Assembly: GCA_024704765.1 (NCBI GenBank)
Contig: JAKMXF010000347.1
Coordinates: 124,001-188,000, forward strand
Source: Oopsacas minuta
Taxonomy: Eukaryota; Animalia; Porifera
Length of the DNA stretch: 64,000 bases
Direction of reading: 5' to 3'
This document shows positions 20,374 through 33,155 of this stretch, piece by piece. Made by a program: the position numbers and the translations under genes. The notes under the pieces were generated by a model. That model was not told the origin of the DNA, did no database searches, and saw only the letters and a list, made by a program, of their open reading frames with translations. The stretch's first letter is position 1, and every line of letters begins with the position of its first letter.

Positions 20374-23300
20374 TTAAGAAAGAAGGGGAGTATCATCCTT
20401 TGTATCCAGGATAAGTTCATCATCATCCTGATCACCACTCTCATAACGAGCAAACTCAGTACGTTGTGACGTGTTAGAAGGATTAGATATCATTAAATTT
20501 TCAGCCTGTATCATAGGATCATCTAGCGTAACTTCTTCATCATCTGCATTGAAATGAGTCAGTGTAGCGTAACGTTGTTTCCTTAGCTTGTTAGAACGAT
20601 ACAGGAAGAAGCCTAAACAGAACATAAATATTGCAAACACAATATTGAGTAGTAGTGACATCATGAGTATGACAACAAGAGAGAGTGGGGAATTAGATTG
20701 AGAAACAATATCAGTTGGTCGAACTGTAGGAGGATTAACAGCATCTCTTACTACGCTAACATCTACATAAGCTATAGAGCTGATTATAGATCCTTCATAA
20801 GAAAACCCATCTAGCTTAGCAGTAACAGAATCAACAGCACTATCAACAACTCTCTTTTGTTTGGAGCTAGATTTGAATAGAAAAGCAATAGAATTTTTAG
20901 AGAAACGTAGAGCAGAGATTACTTCACCTAGACCTGATAACTGTGTGTTGATACTCATTACAAGATATTCAAGGTCTTGAATAGTGAGAGTTGGAAAATA
21001 TTCTGATTCTATATCAATAATGAACGGAATAAGATCTGAATTAGAAGGACTGATAATATCCAATGGGAGAGAAGACATACCATACCCTTGTGACGTATTA
21101 GCTCGTAGATAGAATGTGTATTGGAATCCAGGCCATAGATTATCTAGCTTAGCGTCTCCAGTTGGTAGAAACTGGTTAGCATACGAATTGAGAACAGCTA
21201 CCTCTCCAATATACGATATAACCTGATAACCAAGTATTACTCCATTAGATTGGTCTGGAGGAGACCACGCTATTAGAACAGTATTATCAGGGGTGATACT
21301 GCTATCTATAATGTAAGGTGGACTAGGGACGCCCTCATCTGTTGTACCACGGTATGCAGCACTATGTGAACAGTACGTATTATCACTGCCCTTAGCTATA
21401 ACTACAATCTGATAGGTGTAAGCTCCATTCAAGTTAGATAGCTGAACTTCTTGCACGGCTAGTGACACATTCCTGAGGACACGTGCAGCAGGACAACACA
21501 TAAAACTATTGTCTGTATTACAACAAGAATCTACGTTTATATTAGAGCAATGACTGATGTCAATAATGTAGTAGAAATAAGCAGAGGTAGTAGTAGGAGG
21601 ATTCCATTTTACTTGCAATGAAGAAGCGCTTAGACTAGTAATCAATACTGAGTGTGGTGCATTGGGAGATGAGTATACTGTCTGTGCTGTTATAAGGGAG
21701 GAGTAGGGACCTGGTTTAAGAGTATCAGATCCTGCTCTTATCTGTAGAGAGTATAGAGAAGTAGTGAGGTTACAAAGAGTATCGGATTGTACATCTCCAT
21801 CAATATGTTTACTTAATTTAGCTGTTACACTCTGATAGTATGATACCTCGTAATAGTCAGGGTTAACGGGAATGAAGTTAGGATAGAGGAGAGGTGTCCA
21901 GGTCAGCAGCAGGCACTCACTGTTGTAGGGACGTGCTGTGAATTGAGAGGGCGCGTCAATTGTCAGTTTATTACCTGATAGTATACTGACAGGATCTGTG
22001 AGACTACCATACTTATCTGTGTCAGGCTCTATTTCAGCTGCTACTTGAAATGAATACAACACGCCATCACTCGGTGGAGTTAGTGTATACATTAATTTGC
22101 TTAGTTTTTGTGTAGAAAGATGAGTGCTGTCAGATATAAAGAGCTCAAACCTGGAAGCAGTAGAACCAGATGGAGCTGACCATGTAACAATAAGATTACC
22201 ATTAGAATTAGCTACCTGTAAATCACGTGGTGGAGGATCGTGTGTTTTAGCTGTGTTAGACACAACACTATCTGATATAGGTCCGTAATATGAGTCTGTG
22301 TATGCTCTAACTACAAATGTATACTCAGTAGAGGGTGACAAGTTAGGTACAATAAAGAAAGTAGTTTTTAGTAGTAAACCAGCTGACATGAAGCTACCTC
22401 CGTTCTCACTATACAGCACCTGGTAGCCTCTGATATTAACAGCTAACTGATCCCATTCTATTTGTACATAATATACACCAGTGTATTGTACGGTTAAACC
22501 TGTCACTTTCAAATTAGGATATACCTCTATAGATGTACAGACCACTGGAGTGATACTAACCGCGTTTTGGACATGCCAACACACATGCTTGGGGCCTGTA
22601 TCAGAGAAGGTGTAACTAGCTGCAGGAGACAGAGAAACAATAGAACCACCAGTTCCGAATAACCAAGTGTATGTTAGTGACCCGTAGTTATCTGAATTGC
22701 CCGGCTGGACAATAGAGTATTGCGTAGCTACATCAACAAACGTATAGGAAGGTGATACAATCGAGAATTCTGCAGAAGCAATAGAGTCTAATACAGTTAT
22801 CCGAGTAGAGTTAGTGCTTGTGAACATAAAGCTACTGACAGTAATATCTACTATATATGAGCTAGCTGTAGTGAATGTGTAGTTTAAGGAGTTCTGGAAT
22901 GAATGACTTATTGTATTGTCTATTCTCCATAAGAAAGTATGGTTAGTTTGATTTATCATTAATTCATCATAGAAGTGTGCGGTTAATAACACCTTCTGTC
23001 GAGTAGCTACAGTATACCAGATGGAATCAGCTACCACTCCCTGTCCATTAACACTAACAGAGAAACCTGTATTCTGTCCGGGACACGGGATTTCTACAGG
23101 AACGAACGGATCGTTAACTACATCTGTACATTTATCTCCTGCAATCTTCCTATACCCTCTCGTATGGAAATAAGAAGAACCGGGATAACAATCTAATGGC
23201 ACGAGAGAACCTGTACCCTCTCCGGTAAGCAGACACGTCTCATCATATTCATCAAGTGCGAAACCGAAATCACACTCATAGTCAATACGTGTACACGGAC

Positions 23301-25323
23301 AGAGATGACTTGTAATACGTCTAGAGTAGTCAATGCCTTGATTACAGTGACTCGTCACCTTCTTACGTTCAAAATCATAATGAGTACCCAGCAAGCATCC
23401 TCTATCTGGAATATCATCAGAGGGAGACCACTGATAGAAATCACTCCTTGTACATAAGGGCCCTAATAGATCCTTCAAATCCAGCTTAACTATTACCCAT
23501 TCTATTGGAGTAGTCAAGTTAACAGATCCGTATAGACTGACTACAGTTGTGTATTCTCCTGGCTCAGAAGTGATGCCCCATATTAAGAGACTCTGTTGCT
23601 CACTGAATATGTATCTCTGCCAATTCATTCCTTCATCCAAGCTGTAGTAGATAAAGTTAACATGTCCATGGTAGTATTTGTGAGCAGCTAGCATGAAACC
23701 ACCATGATCACCAAACGTATAGTACGTGAATCCAGGAAGTGCGCTTATCCATGTAGCACCAGCCGTGTTAGACACCATCAGGTCCCCGTAGAGGTATAAA
23801 TTCTTTCCGACAGAACCTGTGGCCATGATGAGTCCAGGTGTAGAGGATGCAGATAGAATAGGTTCAGTTTGGTATGTACGATATATGCTGGAGAATTGAG
23901 AAGCTAAATTGAGATAGCAGTCTGGAGGTTGACATGTTATGTTAGTGTTATCATACTTCAATTCAGGGGGTGTTAGTCTGTTCCATTCTCCTCCTTTATC
24001 GTAGCTAATGAGGGTTGTTAGGTAGCGACCTCCTACAGGTCCTACTGTCAACTGCGTAGCTATGTATATACCGCGTAGACCAGCAGCCTTGTGGAAGTCT
24101 AACAGCTTTGTGTTTCTAACTCTATACACCCAAGCGCTGGACACATCTGTAAGGTTAGGATCATGATATAATACTCTCTCTAGAGATAAGCTGAAACTAA
24201 TACCTCGTGACTCTGATATGTAGAGATTAGTGAGGTTATACTCGTGGTTAACTGCAACAATCAGCTGACCTTCACTCCCATCAGCTATGTAGTAGCTCCT
24301 CTCTAACAGGTTAGCCTGTCCCTCATACGGAGCAGAAGAGAACTCGGCTTCTAAGAACACACCCCCGTCAAATGATACCAGTAGAACCTTGGAATCAGGC
24401 GCATCATGTAATATCCTAACTGCATACATATACTCAGATGCTATATCGAACTCATAAACTAAGTATGGCAAGATAGGAGAGCTATATGATAGCTGTAGAT
24501 CAGTACGTGATATGTTATACTGTCCAGCTTGTGATACAGCTACGTAGATGGTATCATTCAGCCCAAATTCTGCTCCCCAATACACTCCTCCTATCCTGCT
24601 GTCAGGAAATAGAGTAGAGAAACTCTTCCAATTCTCTCCAAAGTCAAGGGAGAGATAAGCTTGCTCATCAGTCTCATCATAAGCAACAAGGATATTTCCA
24701 ATAGATGGGTGAGTGATGATATCAGAGGGAGTAAAGGTTAGAGGATGGTAATGAAATGTATTAGCTTCATCTTGTGACGTAAATATAGCTCTATCCTCTT
24801 GTGACACGAATAAGTAATCTCTATAATCATCAGGGCTGTCTATAAAATAATCTAGTCTTACATTTTTATGACTCTCACTGAGAAACAATTGTGCTTCATC
24901 AGTGAATGTAGTTCCATAATCATGAGAGACATACACAGCACTTGTACTATTGGTAGTTATAACGGAATCTCTGAATAACATCACCATGGTATCACTGTTA
25001 GATTTACCAGACCAGGAGATATACGCTAGATTGTGATTCTCTGAGAGCGTGACGTTTGTATTCTTTATCAAATTATTCTCTGTGACGTCATCGTCATTGA
25101 TTGTACGACGTGTTCTTTCGTGACTATGTTCGGCTGGTACCTGGGGAACATGAGGTAAATCTTCTGGATAAGAATTTATTTGTTGTTGTCTGTAAGATGG
25201 ATGTTGTAGGTATTTATAGAGAGAAGAATCTACGATCAATATCTGATTCTGTTTATCAAATTGAATCCCAGTAGTGAGTGCAAATAGGAGAGACAAGTAG
25301 AAGACGTAGAGATTCGTCTTCAT
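20374..25323 (-). CDS. VPS10-domain type I sorting receptor (SORL1/SorCS-like): signal, propeptide, VPS10+10CC, PKD, FN3 repeats, TM, sorting tail; intronless, 1649 aa
   Basis: Signal peptide; furin site ERTRR; Asp-box repeats (SHDYGTTF, SYDKGGEW, SLDEGMNW); 10CC Cys pattern (CTRIDYECDFGF..GYRKIAGDKC); PKD-like (TYTWLFGTG); ~5 FN3 (WSPPDQSNGVILGYQV); TM; tail YATL, acidic cluster and terminal DTPLL. Confidence 0.88.
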   Translation of the reverse strand: MKTNLYVFYLSLLFALTTGIQFDKQNQILIVDSSLYKYLQHPSYRQQQINSYPEDLPHVPQVPAEHSHERTRRTINDDDVTENNLIKNTNVTLSENHNLAYISWSGKSNSDTMVMLFRDSVITTNSTSAVYVSHDYGTTFTDEAQLFLSESHKNVRLDYFIDSPDDYRDYLFVSQEDRAIFTSQDEANTFHYHPLTFTPSDIITHPSIGNILVAYDETDEQAYLSLDFGENWKSFSTLFPDSRIGGVYWGAEFGLNDTIYVAVSQAGQYNISRTDLQLSYSSPILPYLVYEFDIASEYMYAVRILHDAPDSKVLLVSFDGGVFLEAEFSSAPYEGQANLLERSYYIADGSEGQLIVAVNHEYNLTNLYISESRGISFSLSLERVLYHDPNLTDVSSAWVYRVRNTKLLDFHKAAGLRGIYIATQLTVGPVGGRYLTTLISYDKGGEWNRLTPPELKYDNTNITCQPPDCYLNLASQFSSIYRTYQTEPILSASSTPGLIMATGSVGKNLYLYGDLMVSNTAGATWISALPGFTYYTFGDHGGFMLAAHKYYHGHVNFIYYSLDEGMNWQRYIFSEQQSLLIWGITSEPGEYTTVVSLYGSVNLTTPIEWVIVKLDLKDLLGPLCTRSDFYQWSPSDDIPDRGCLLGTHYDFERKKVTSHCNQGIDYSRRITSHLCPCTRIDYECDFGFALDEYDETCLLTGEGTGSLVPLDCYPGSSYFHTRGYRKIAGDKCTDVVNDPFVPVEIPCPGQNTGFSVSVNGQGVVADSIWYTVATRQKVLLTAHFYDELMINQTNHTFLWRIDNTISHSFQNSLNYTFTTASSYIVDITVSSFMFTSTNSTRITVLDSIASAEFSIVSPSYTFVDVATQYSIVQPGNSDNYGSLTYTWLFGTGGSIVSLSPAASYTFSDTGPKHVCWHVQNAVSITPVVCTSIEVYPNLKVTGLTVQYTGVYYVQIEWDQLAVNIRGYQVLYSENGGSFMSAGLLLKTTFFIVPNLSPSTEYTFVVRAYTDSYYGPISDSVVSNTAKTHDPPPRDLQVANSNGNLIVTWSAPSGSTASRFELFISDSTHLSTQKLSKLMYTLTPPSDGVLYSFQVAAEIEPDTDKYGSLTDPVSILSGNKLTIDAPSQFTARPYNSECLLLTWTPLLYPNFIPVNPDYYEVSYYQSVTAKLSKHIDGDVQSDTLCNLTTSLYSLQIRAGSDTLKPGPYSSLITAQTVYSSPNAPHSVLITSLSASSLQVKWNPPTTTSAYFYYIIDISHCSNINVDSCCNTDNSFMCCPAARVLRNVSLAVQEVQLSNLNGAYTYQIVVIAKGSDNTYCSHSAAYRGTTDEGVPSPPYIIDSSITPDNTVLIAWSPPDQSNGVILGYQVISYIGEVAVLNSYANQFLPTGDAKLDNLWPGFQYTFYLRANTSQGYGMSSLPLDIISPSNSDLIPFIIDIESEYFPTLTIQDLEYLVMSINTQLSGLGEVISALRFSKNSIAFLFKSSSKQKRVVDSAVDSVTAKLDGFSYEGSIISSIAYVDVSVVRDAVNPPTVRPTDIVSQSNSPLSLVVILMMSLLLNIVFAIFMFCLGFFLYRSNKLRKQRYATLTHFNADDEEVTLDDPMIQAENLMISNPSNTSQRTEFARYESGDQDDDELILDTKDDTPLLS

Positions 25324-25513
25324 AGCTACACATATAGAATAAATAAGTTCCTAACCAGCAATCTGGTCACTACAGAATAAAGGTAGTGTTTGTATTCTTG
25401 AAAAACATAATTTCATTATTTTGCTATGAAACAATAGGAACCTAATTAATGACATCATTCACGTCAAACATGCTGTAGGCGTAACCAAGGGGTTGCTGAC
25501 AAGTGACAAATGC

Positions 25514-25590
25514 TAGCGATTTAGGGATCCAAGAGTCCCATAAACGGTAGCGATTTAGGGACGTGGATCCCCAAATCGCTCTTACACCGG
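25514..25590. repeat. Unclassified short repeat element with direct and inverted copies of agcgatttaggg
   Basis: tagcgatttaggga at 25514 and 25548; the second copy pairs with ccccaaatcgct (25569-25580, 1 mismatch). Confidence 0.55.
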
Positions 25591-26845
25591 TACAAGTGCT
25601 ACTCCCAAAAGTATTAGCAAGTGAAATTCGTGCAAATATGACTCACGAAAAGGAACAGGCGAACTAACTTCACTATATACAATAATAATTGAAACTGAAT
25701 ACTGAAAGATTTTTATGAAAAACTGTCTGTCTGATTTCGAATACTACACTAACTTATAAATGCAAAATGTGTTAGTTTATATACCAAGAAGTTTGCATTA
25801 AGTAATGCTTATTGACCATCAATTAGTGTTTAATGGTAACTCTTCAAGGAATCTAGACCGATAACTAATTAGAATGGTAAATGATTTTTAGCACAAAATT
25901 ACTTTGACAGGATTATCTGTAAGAATTTCAAGGAAGTCTGGCCTGCAATCTATACATACTAGGCCTAGGAATAAATACAAAGCTATAGTTACTAACATAG
26001 CCTCAAATATTAGTGGATTGAAAATAACAATTATAAGAGATTGTAAGTATTTTTTATTTATGAGCTGGAGGGACCAATAAATTGAGCATACAGACTATTA
26101 CTTAATCTGATCTCTTTTTGAGGTAATTACTTGAGTGAATATAATCTTTTAGAATAGTCCAGCAGTAGTAGCTTTATTAAAATGTAATAATTTATATAAA
26201 TATATTCAATCTATCTGCTCAAAAGTGAGCAAGATTCTTCTACGATTGCCAGGCAACATTCATACACATGTGGTGCATGGTGGTCTTAGCACAACTCCAC
26301 AGTGTGGCAATATGGGGAAATAGGCATATTTTCAAAAACATATTTCAATTCATTTTTCGAATTTTCTCCATAGTTCAATTAGTACGAAAATATCATTGCC
26401 AGCATTAGAAGCAGTTAGGAATCCTAACTACGCACAACTTGTTATGTGTTTCTAATAATAGATTTGTACTTTTTTTTGGGTGTCTAGTTTGGCCCTCCCA
26501 AAGTTATATTTTTGAATTTTTTTTCATTGATTGCAGTGTAGCATCTCATATTTGACAAAATTTGACAAAATGTTATTAATATAACGTAATGTCAATATTT
26601 AGCCAACTGAGTTAACTTGTCCTTGTTTTTGCAATATCTTTTACTGTGAATATCATTAGGTATAACAGAAACTATAAGACAGTTACATTATTCTTCAGTA
26701 AATCCAATTTACTATTTGATACATTTAATAATTGTAAACCTTTATAGTTTCTGCTCACTAAAATTGATGAGTAAATACCAAATTCATTATGTTGCTATAA
26801 TTAAGTTAATATTAATTTTTTCTGTCTAGGTTCTACGTTGTGGTA

Positions 26846-29800
26846 ATGAGTATTAACGATATTAACGAGTGGTGTAGAAATGGAAATATTCAGCAGCTTA
26901 AACGCATGCATGAGAGAGGGGCATTAATCAGAAACCTAAACAACAGCACTGGCGTATACGGTTATAAGCCTCTACACGTGGCAGCTGCTAAGAATCAAAG
27001 AGATGTAATAGAATACCTATTGAGTATTGATGATCCAAGGAACCATATTGAAGGTAGAGCAAGCAGTAACTACACGCCTCTACACCTGGCAGTATCTTTT
27101 GTGAATATTAATTGTGTAGAAGTATTATTAAGCCACAATTCAGACACAGAAGCTAAAGATATTTATGGGAAAACTCCGCTAAACATTGCAATAGAGAATG
27201 ATAGCAAAAAGATTATTATCATATTGAAGAAAGAGAGTAAGTCACATATTTATATCCTAGCAAGCCCTCGGCTGGTAGTTTTGTACCTCGAGGATATCAT
27301 TTAACCGATATTTTCTGATTTATCTATTTATATGACATTTCGGAATTGCGAAATTCGAATTCAAAAAGCACAACCTTTCTTAACAAAACAAAGAGAACTA
27401 ACAAGCAAGCAAACAAACAAACAAACAAACAAATATACACAGAAGAAATAAGAGTTAATGAATTATGTTAATACTCGCGGATTTCGTCTGCTCGCGAAAA
27501 TTGGAATCAGCATACTCGATTACCCGAGTATAATTGTTTACTTTTCCTATATCGTCAGCAGAAAGATATGTACACAGATCGTCTTCCTCTATTATTATAA
27601 TACAAATTATATAAACAAAAAAACAAAAAACAAACAAACACACCTACACACAATAATTGAGTTTTAATAATATTAATATAATCTCTTAATAAACTAAGCC
27701 TTATTTTTTGAATATTCTTCTCCTTTTAGGGTTAAATCGTACAATTTTAATCTACATTGATATTCCACCAGAAGATACAGCTGGGAAAGATGGGATACAC
27801 AAACAAATCCGTGAATTAATGGACGATATTCGCACTAACCACAAGAAGGATATGGAAGCAGCATTCAAGAAGGCAATCGAAATTACTCTTTCGAAACTAA
27901 AGAAAATGGAGAACCCACGTATTACAAACGGAATTGACATTTTGGGGATGATCATAATTACAAACCGCATGGTCGTCTATCTGGACAACATAGAATTCTG
28001 TTCAGATGCTAAGAATCTTTACATATTTGGTTGGTATCTAACACTCATAAGAGCAATTAACTATGACGCGAAAGAGGTAATTCACTGCCTTTTAAATATG
28101 AAAACTATTACCCTTCAAAATTCACATATCCATCCAGAATTCTTTCCTCATATAAGAAAGAGCAAAATTAACGACATGATTGAATATATCAAGCCAAATT
28201 GGGAGAGTATCAAAATTTCGCTCAAATTTCCGATTCGAATCGCGAATGCTTATAACTCTCACAACGTATCACAATATTTGGAATGGATACTACCACAACA
28301 CGGCATTTCAACATGGTGTGTAAAGCACCAATGTAATCCAGCTCAATTCATTCCAGAAGAACGTGATCATTCATGTGATATCATTACTTTTGTCAACTGG
28401 TCTCATTTGAAAGTAGCTAAGTTGCCTCCTAAAGTCTTTGAAGGTCCTTTACCAAATGTTGAAAAACTAAGTCTTTCAAATAATGTTCTTAGGTGTGTCC
28501 CTCGTCAGTTAATTCACTTTAAGTCCATGCAATACTTAAATTTATCATATAATAATATAACTACCATGATTCCTTGTCAGCTTCTAGCGCTAGATTCCTT
28601 GAAAAAATTAGATTTCTCGCATAACCAGATAACAAATATCTCACCGAACCAAAATGAAGGCAGTTTACTTTGCCAAAGTTTGGAAAAACTCATTCTATCG
28701 CACAATAATTTTAGGGAAATACGAAACGACTTTTCAATGCCAAATTTATCCCTCATTGATCTGTCAAACAACCAACTAAAGAATTTTCCGGTATTCCTTT
28801 CGAATTCTATCACATTATGTGAGTTAAAACTTACAAAAAATCCTAATCTTAAGAGTTTGCCAGGATTCCTGGGAGATTTTGAACACCTTAATGACATCGA
28901 AATCGATCTCAAAAATTTCTCTCCTGCACTCTCAGTTAATACAAACAGGGATAATATTGCGAGAGATATAAAGAAATGCTTGACAGGTGGTCGTCACATA
29001 AACGCATTAAAAGTGTTCTGTATAGGTGATAATGAGAGCATCAAGGTAGATTTCTTGAGAAGGTTGATGAATGAGAGAGATTTCCCTAGGTGTGACCTGG
29101 ATATACCACTGCACACTTTCAATTGGGAAAACGCAAGTATTAATGGAGGAAACATTACAATTTGGAATGTACGAAATAAAAATATCGAAGTCACGTCTAA
29201 AGTGCTAAAGAATATTAGCGAACTAAGATCTGTAATATATCTGGTAGTTGATGCCGAAAAAGGTCCAGGAGAACATGTGAAAAAGTGGGTTACAGAGATA
29301 ATTAAAATCAACGATTCATACTGGAAGTACGATTGGATAAGCTGTGTTAATGTTGTCACACTCGGATCTGCAGAAAAAAGCATTACTAAAAGCATGAAAA
29401 TCTGCGAATATGATTTCACGTTATACACAGAAAGCCAAATTCGACAGGTTAGAGAAGAAATTTGCTACAATAAATATAAATCCATCGTCTCTTTCAGGGA
29501 AAACAGGATTAATATCACTATTGAAGAAGAAATGATATGCTCTGATTACAATCAAATTTATCAAAGTTTTCTTGGACTAATATCAAAGAATAAGCTCAGT
29601 GAATTACGTGACCCCATTGTAGATAAAGAAAAATTTATAGGATATTTTAAAGAAACACCAGAATACGAAACTGTTCAGTTGTTAGAAACCACAGGTCGTA
29701 TTGTGGAGCTGCTAAAATTGTTAGAACGATTCGGTCTCATTGTGTATCTTGATGAGATACGGGACACACCGATTGTACTCAAGCCCTGCGCCCTTTACAA

Positions 29801-32800
29801 CAGCCTTATCAAAATAGTAACAGAAGATTTGTCCTATCAAAAACTTGGACTATTCTCAATGCAAAAATTCATTACTTACATAAAAACTGAGCCACCATCA
29901 ATAATTATATTCCAAAACACTTATAGCTATATGCTACTTCTAAGGAAGTTGAATCTAATAATGGTATTGTCGAAGCAATATTTTATTGTACCTTCTAAAC
30001 TCCCGAGTATTCAAAAGGAAATTAATATTGACCATGAATTTAGACCATCTTGGAAAACAACTCCAGTTGAAGAAGATGGTATAGATTATAATCATCGAAT
30101 ATTTCTTTTAAAACATATGTCTCGTGAATATTGCAATGAATTAATTGCTGATATTCTCTATGAAACTCCAATTCTCAGTGCTATAGTAACTAACAAACCT
30201 ATGCAACCAAATGACCTTATATTTAATAACAAGCCTTCGGAGAAGATTAATCCAACAATTTTCTCTGGTATCGAGCCAGCAAGAAGCCGGGCACATTCTT
30301 CAGATGATTTTGAATTGGTATCTAATGACAATAGCAGAACTGTTCAAGTTTGGAAAAACAATCTCTTATATGTTGATTCCAAAAATGCAATTAAACTACT
30401 AGTCAGAGAATATTCTGGTGGAAACGGAAAGGGCATTGAAATCGTTACAGCTAGAGATCCTTTAAAATTAGGAGATTCATTTCTTTTTAGGGTAAAAACG
30501 AGTATTTATCAGACATTTCTTGGTTTAGATGTTGTCGACCTTCTGGCTGTTCCTTACAAGCAGTTGAGAGATGAGAAAAATCCATATTTAATCGATTCAT
30601 TTTACAAATATGCAAATTTGAGAAGTAATGTTAGATGTTGCGTAAGTTCTGGCTCCATTAGTAAAGAGGCTCTAATGACCTTTGCACCGGAACTCTCCAT
30701 TGATCACAGTTACAATGGAATGAAGTTTCAGAATATACCTTATCAACCGAACGATCTGAGTACCAAACTTGGAGGTAAAAATAGTTGTGTGTACAGAGGT
30801 AGGTTTCAGAACGAATTAGTGGCGGTGAAAGAGTTCAGGTATGATCTTGGCAATTCAAAATTGCGTGTTCGTCATGAAATGCTAAAAGAAGCTAAATTGT
30901 TATCAGAGTATAGACATTCTTGTCTGATTAACATTATTGGAGTTTCCTCTGCCTCTTTATCTAGATGTTTTATAGTGTTAAAACTGGCACCATTTGGAGA
31001 GTTAGGGTCTTTTCTCAAGAAAAACAATCCTCTTAAGCCTCGTATCCTCTACTTCCGGTTTACTCAACAAATTGCAGCAGGACTTGATTTCCTACACACA
31101 CATATAAAAGACGTTCCATTAATTCATCACGATTTGAAGCCGGAGAATATACTGGTGATTTCTGATCAAGTTGATGCTTACGTCAATGTTAAAATAGCAG
31201 ATTTAAACATGTCAAAAAACAGAGCTGGTGTAGATGGGACTACAGGGTACCGAGCCCCTGAAATAGTGTCACATCATGCAATGGTTACTCATGACTATAA
31301 ACTTGATGTGTATTCATTCGCATTAGTGTTGGTTAATCTAATATCCCATAGAATTCCATTTATTCATATGAATGTAGCAGATACCAGCCTAACAGTAAGA
31401 AAGCTACGCCCAGTGTTAAATTGGCAATACTACTTCGAGAATGGCATGGTCTCTCTTCTCCCAATCATACAAGCCTGTTGGAACCATCAGCCACAGGATC
31501 GACCGGATATGAAACCGGTATTAAACGCAGTATCCTCGCCTTCTCTACAATTCCTGTTTTCAAACAGATCTCTCCCGACTAATTCTAGCTACAACCCGAT
31601 GGCATCATGTGCTATACGAATTACAGAAAAAAAAGAACATCTATGCTATGCTTTCTCGACAACATACGAAGGATCAGCATTCTATACCAAGATATGTCTT
31701 TATGACGTAGCCAATAATCAAATTACAGAGAGATCATTTGAAGAATTTTACAGAAATAAAGTACTCATGCAAATGCACTCTCATAAGTACAATGTTGTTC
31801 TAACTCTACAAGGAACGAACCAAAAGGATGAACTAGTATGTTATATGGTACAATATAGTAATTTTATCGGGTCTGAGATGAATTTAGTTAATAGGGTGGA
31901 ACTTCCAAGATATATATTCCTAGTCCAAGCCATGTGTATAGACGATAACAGGATCTATTTAGCATTGAGCACCAGCATTTATATTTTCAAAATAGATACT
32001 CTTGAGGAGGAGGCAGAAATTATTGTTGAGAATGACATACAGTGTATGCTATCATTAGGTAACGAATTGTGGGTATCAACACAGCCTTACCTCATTGAAA
32101 AAATTCCGTCTCTCAAGATTAGAATTTTTGATAAAGGAGAATTAAAGCAAAGTTTTGCAATTAAAGAAGACATGGACAATCTGACGTGTATAGGCCAGAT
32201 GGTACCGACAAACCAAGAAAAACGAGATGTACATCAAGCACAACAACAGGTCTGGTGTCTGGACTCATCCAAGCCAATAGTATTTATCTTCGATTCAGGA
32301 GAGAATAAATTTTCTGTTGGAGCTATTGATTTGAACAAATACCTGCCAGATGAAGCTAAATATTCTCACGAGCTAGGAGAGAAGTACAACTATAAGAACA
32401 CAAAGATTTGTCCATCAACCAATACAATGTGGATCTCTACACAGCATGGCTATATATTCATTTTCTCCACAGGTACACAGACACAGGAATTAATCGTGAC
32501 ATTAAATGTGTTTCTTGGTCCGATCGTGTTCCTAACTCCGATCGAGATTGCCAGAGGCAGCATGGTGGCTTGTTGTGGAGAGGTAATTAGATAAGAGTTT
32601 TTATTATTAATAATGCGTACGTAAATATTATACGACATTGTAGCAACATATTACAAAGAGGTTGCTACATTTTCGTAGAAACATATGGTGCTATAAAATT
32701 GATATGTACATATAACAAATTGAATAATATTTTTTGCAAACCAAAATTTGAAATATATAATTCTGTGTATTTCTTAGGATTTCGTACATCCATTCTATAA

Positions 32801-33155
32801 CTGTGAAGAGAAAAATTTCTATGAAATATTATCCTCTCAATCCAGAGATGGTAATTTTAATCGCAGTGAAGAAATTAAAAAACTAATATCTAATCAGAGA
32901 CATAATGATAGGATATGTGAGGCACCCAAGAAGCATAATTTACCCAAGAAACATGACATAGTATTATGGGAAGCTTATAATGAAAATATCTACAGATTAG
33001 TTGAAATGACAAAGGAGGGTAAATTTTGGAAAACTGAGGAAGCGTTTAGTTATTCGTTATCAAAGGAAATGTTGGAGGCTATCAATCTATCAGATAAAGA
33101 TAATTACTTCTTGAGTGAAACTTACAGATCTCATGAAAATGCCATCACACTATGA
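26846..33155 (+). CDS. ROCO/LRRK1-like protein (ANK-LRR-ROC-COR-kinase-WD40-like), ~1873 aa, exons 26846-27236, 27730-32582, 32778-33155
   Basis: The ankyrin ORF (KPLHVAA, TPLHLAV, TPLNIAI) joins the big ORF through an in-frame phase-1 GTAAGT..TTTTAG intron. ~7 LRRs. Kinase motifs VAVK, HHDLKPEN, DLN, GTTGYRAPE and DVYSF. A phase-0 intron leads to an open 125-codon last exon; AATAAA at 33177. Confidence 0.85.
27257..27460 (-). mobile_element. Non-autonomous Helitron-like element in ROCO intron 1, including a (CAAA)n tract
   Basis: Minus strand: (TTTG)n ... cctcg-a-ggta-caaaac-tacc-agc-cgagg hairpin, then gcttg-CTAG at 27257-27260. The flank is not the canonical T. Confidence 0.45.
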
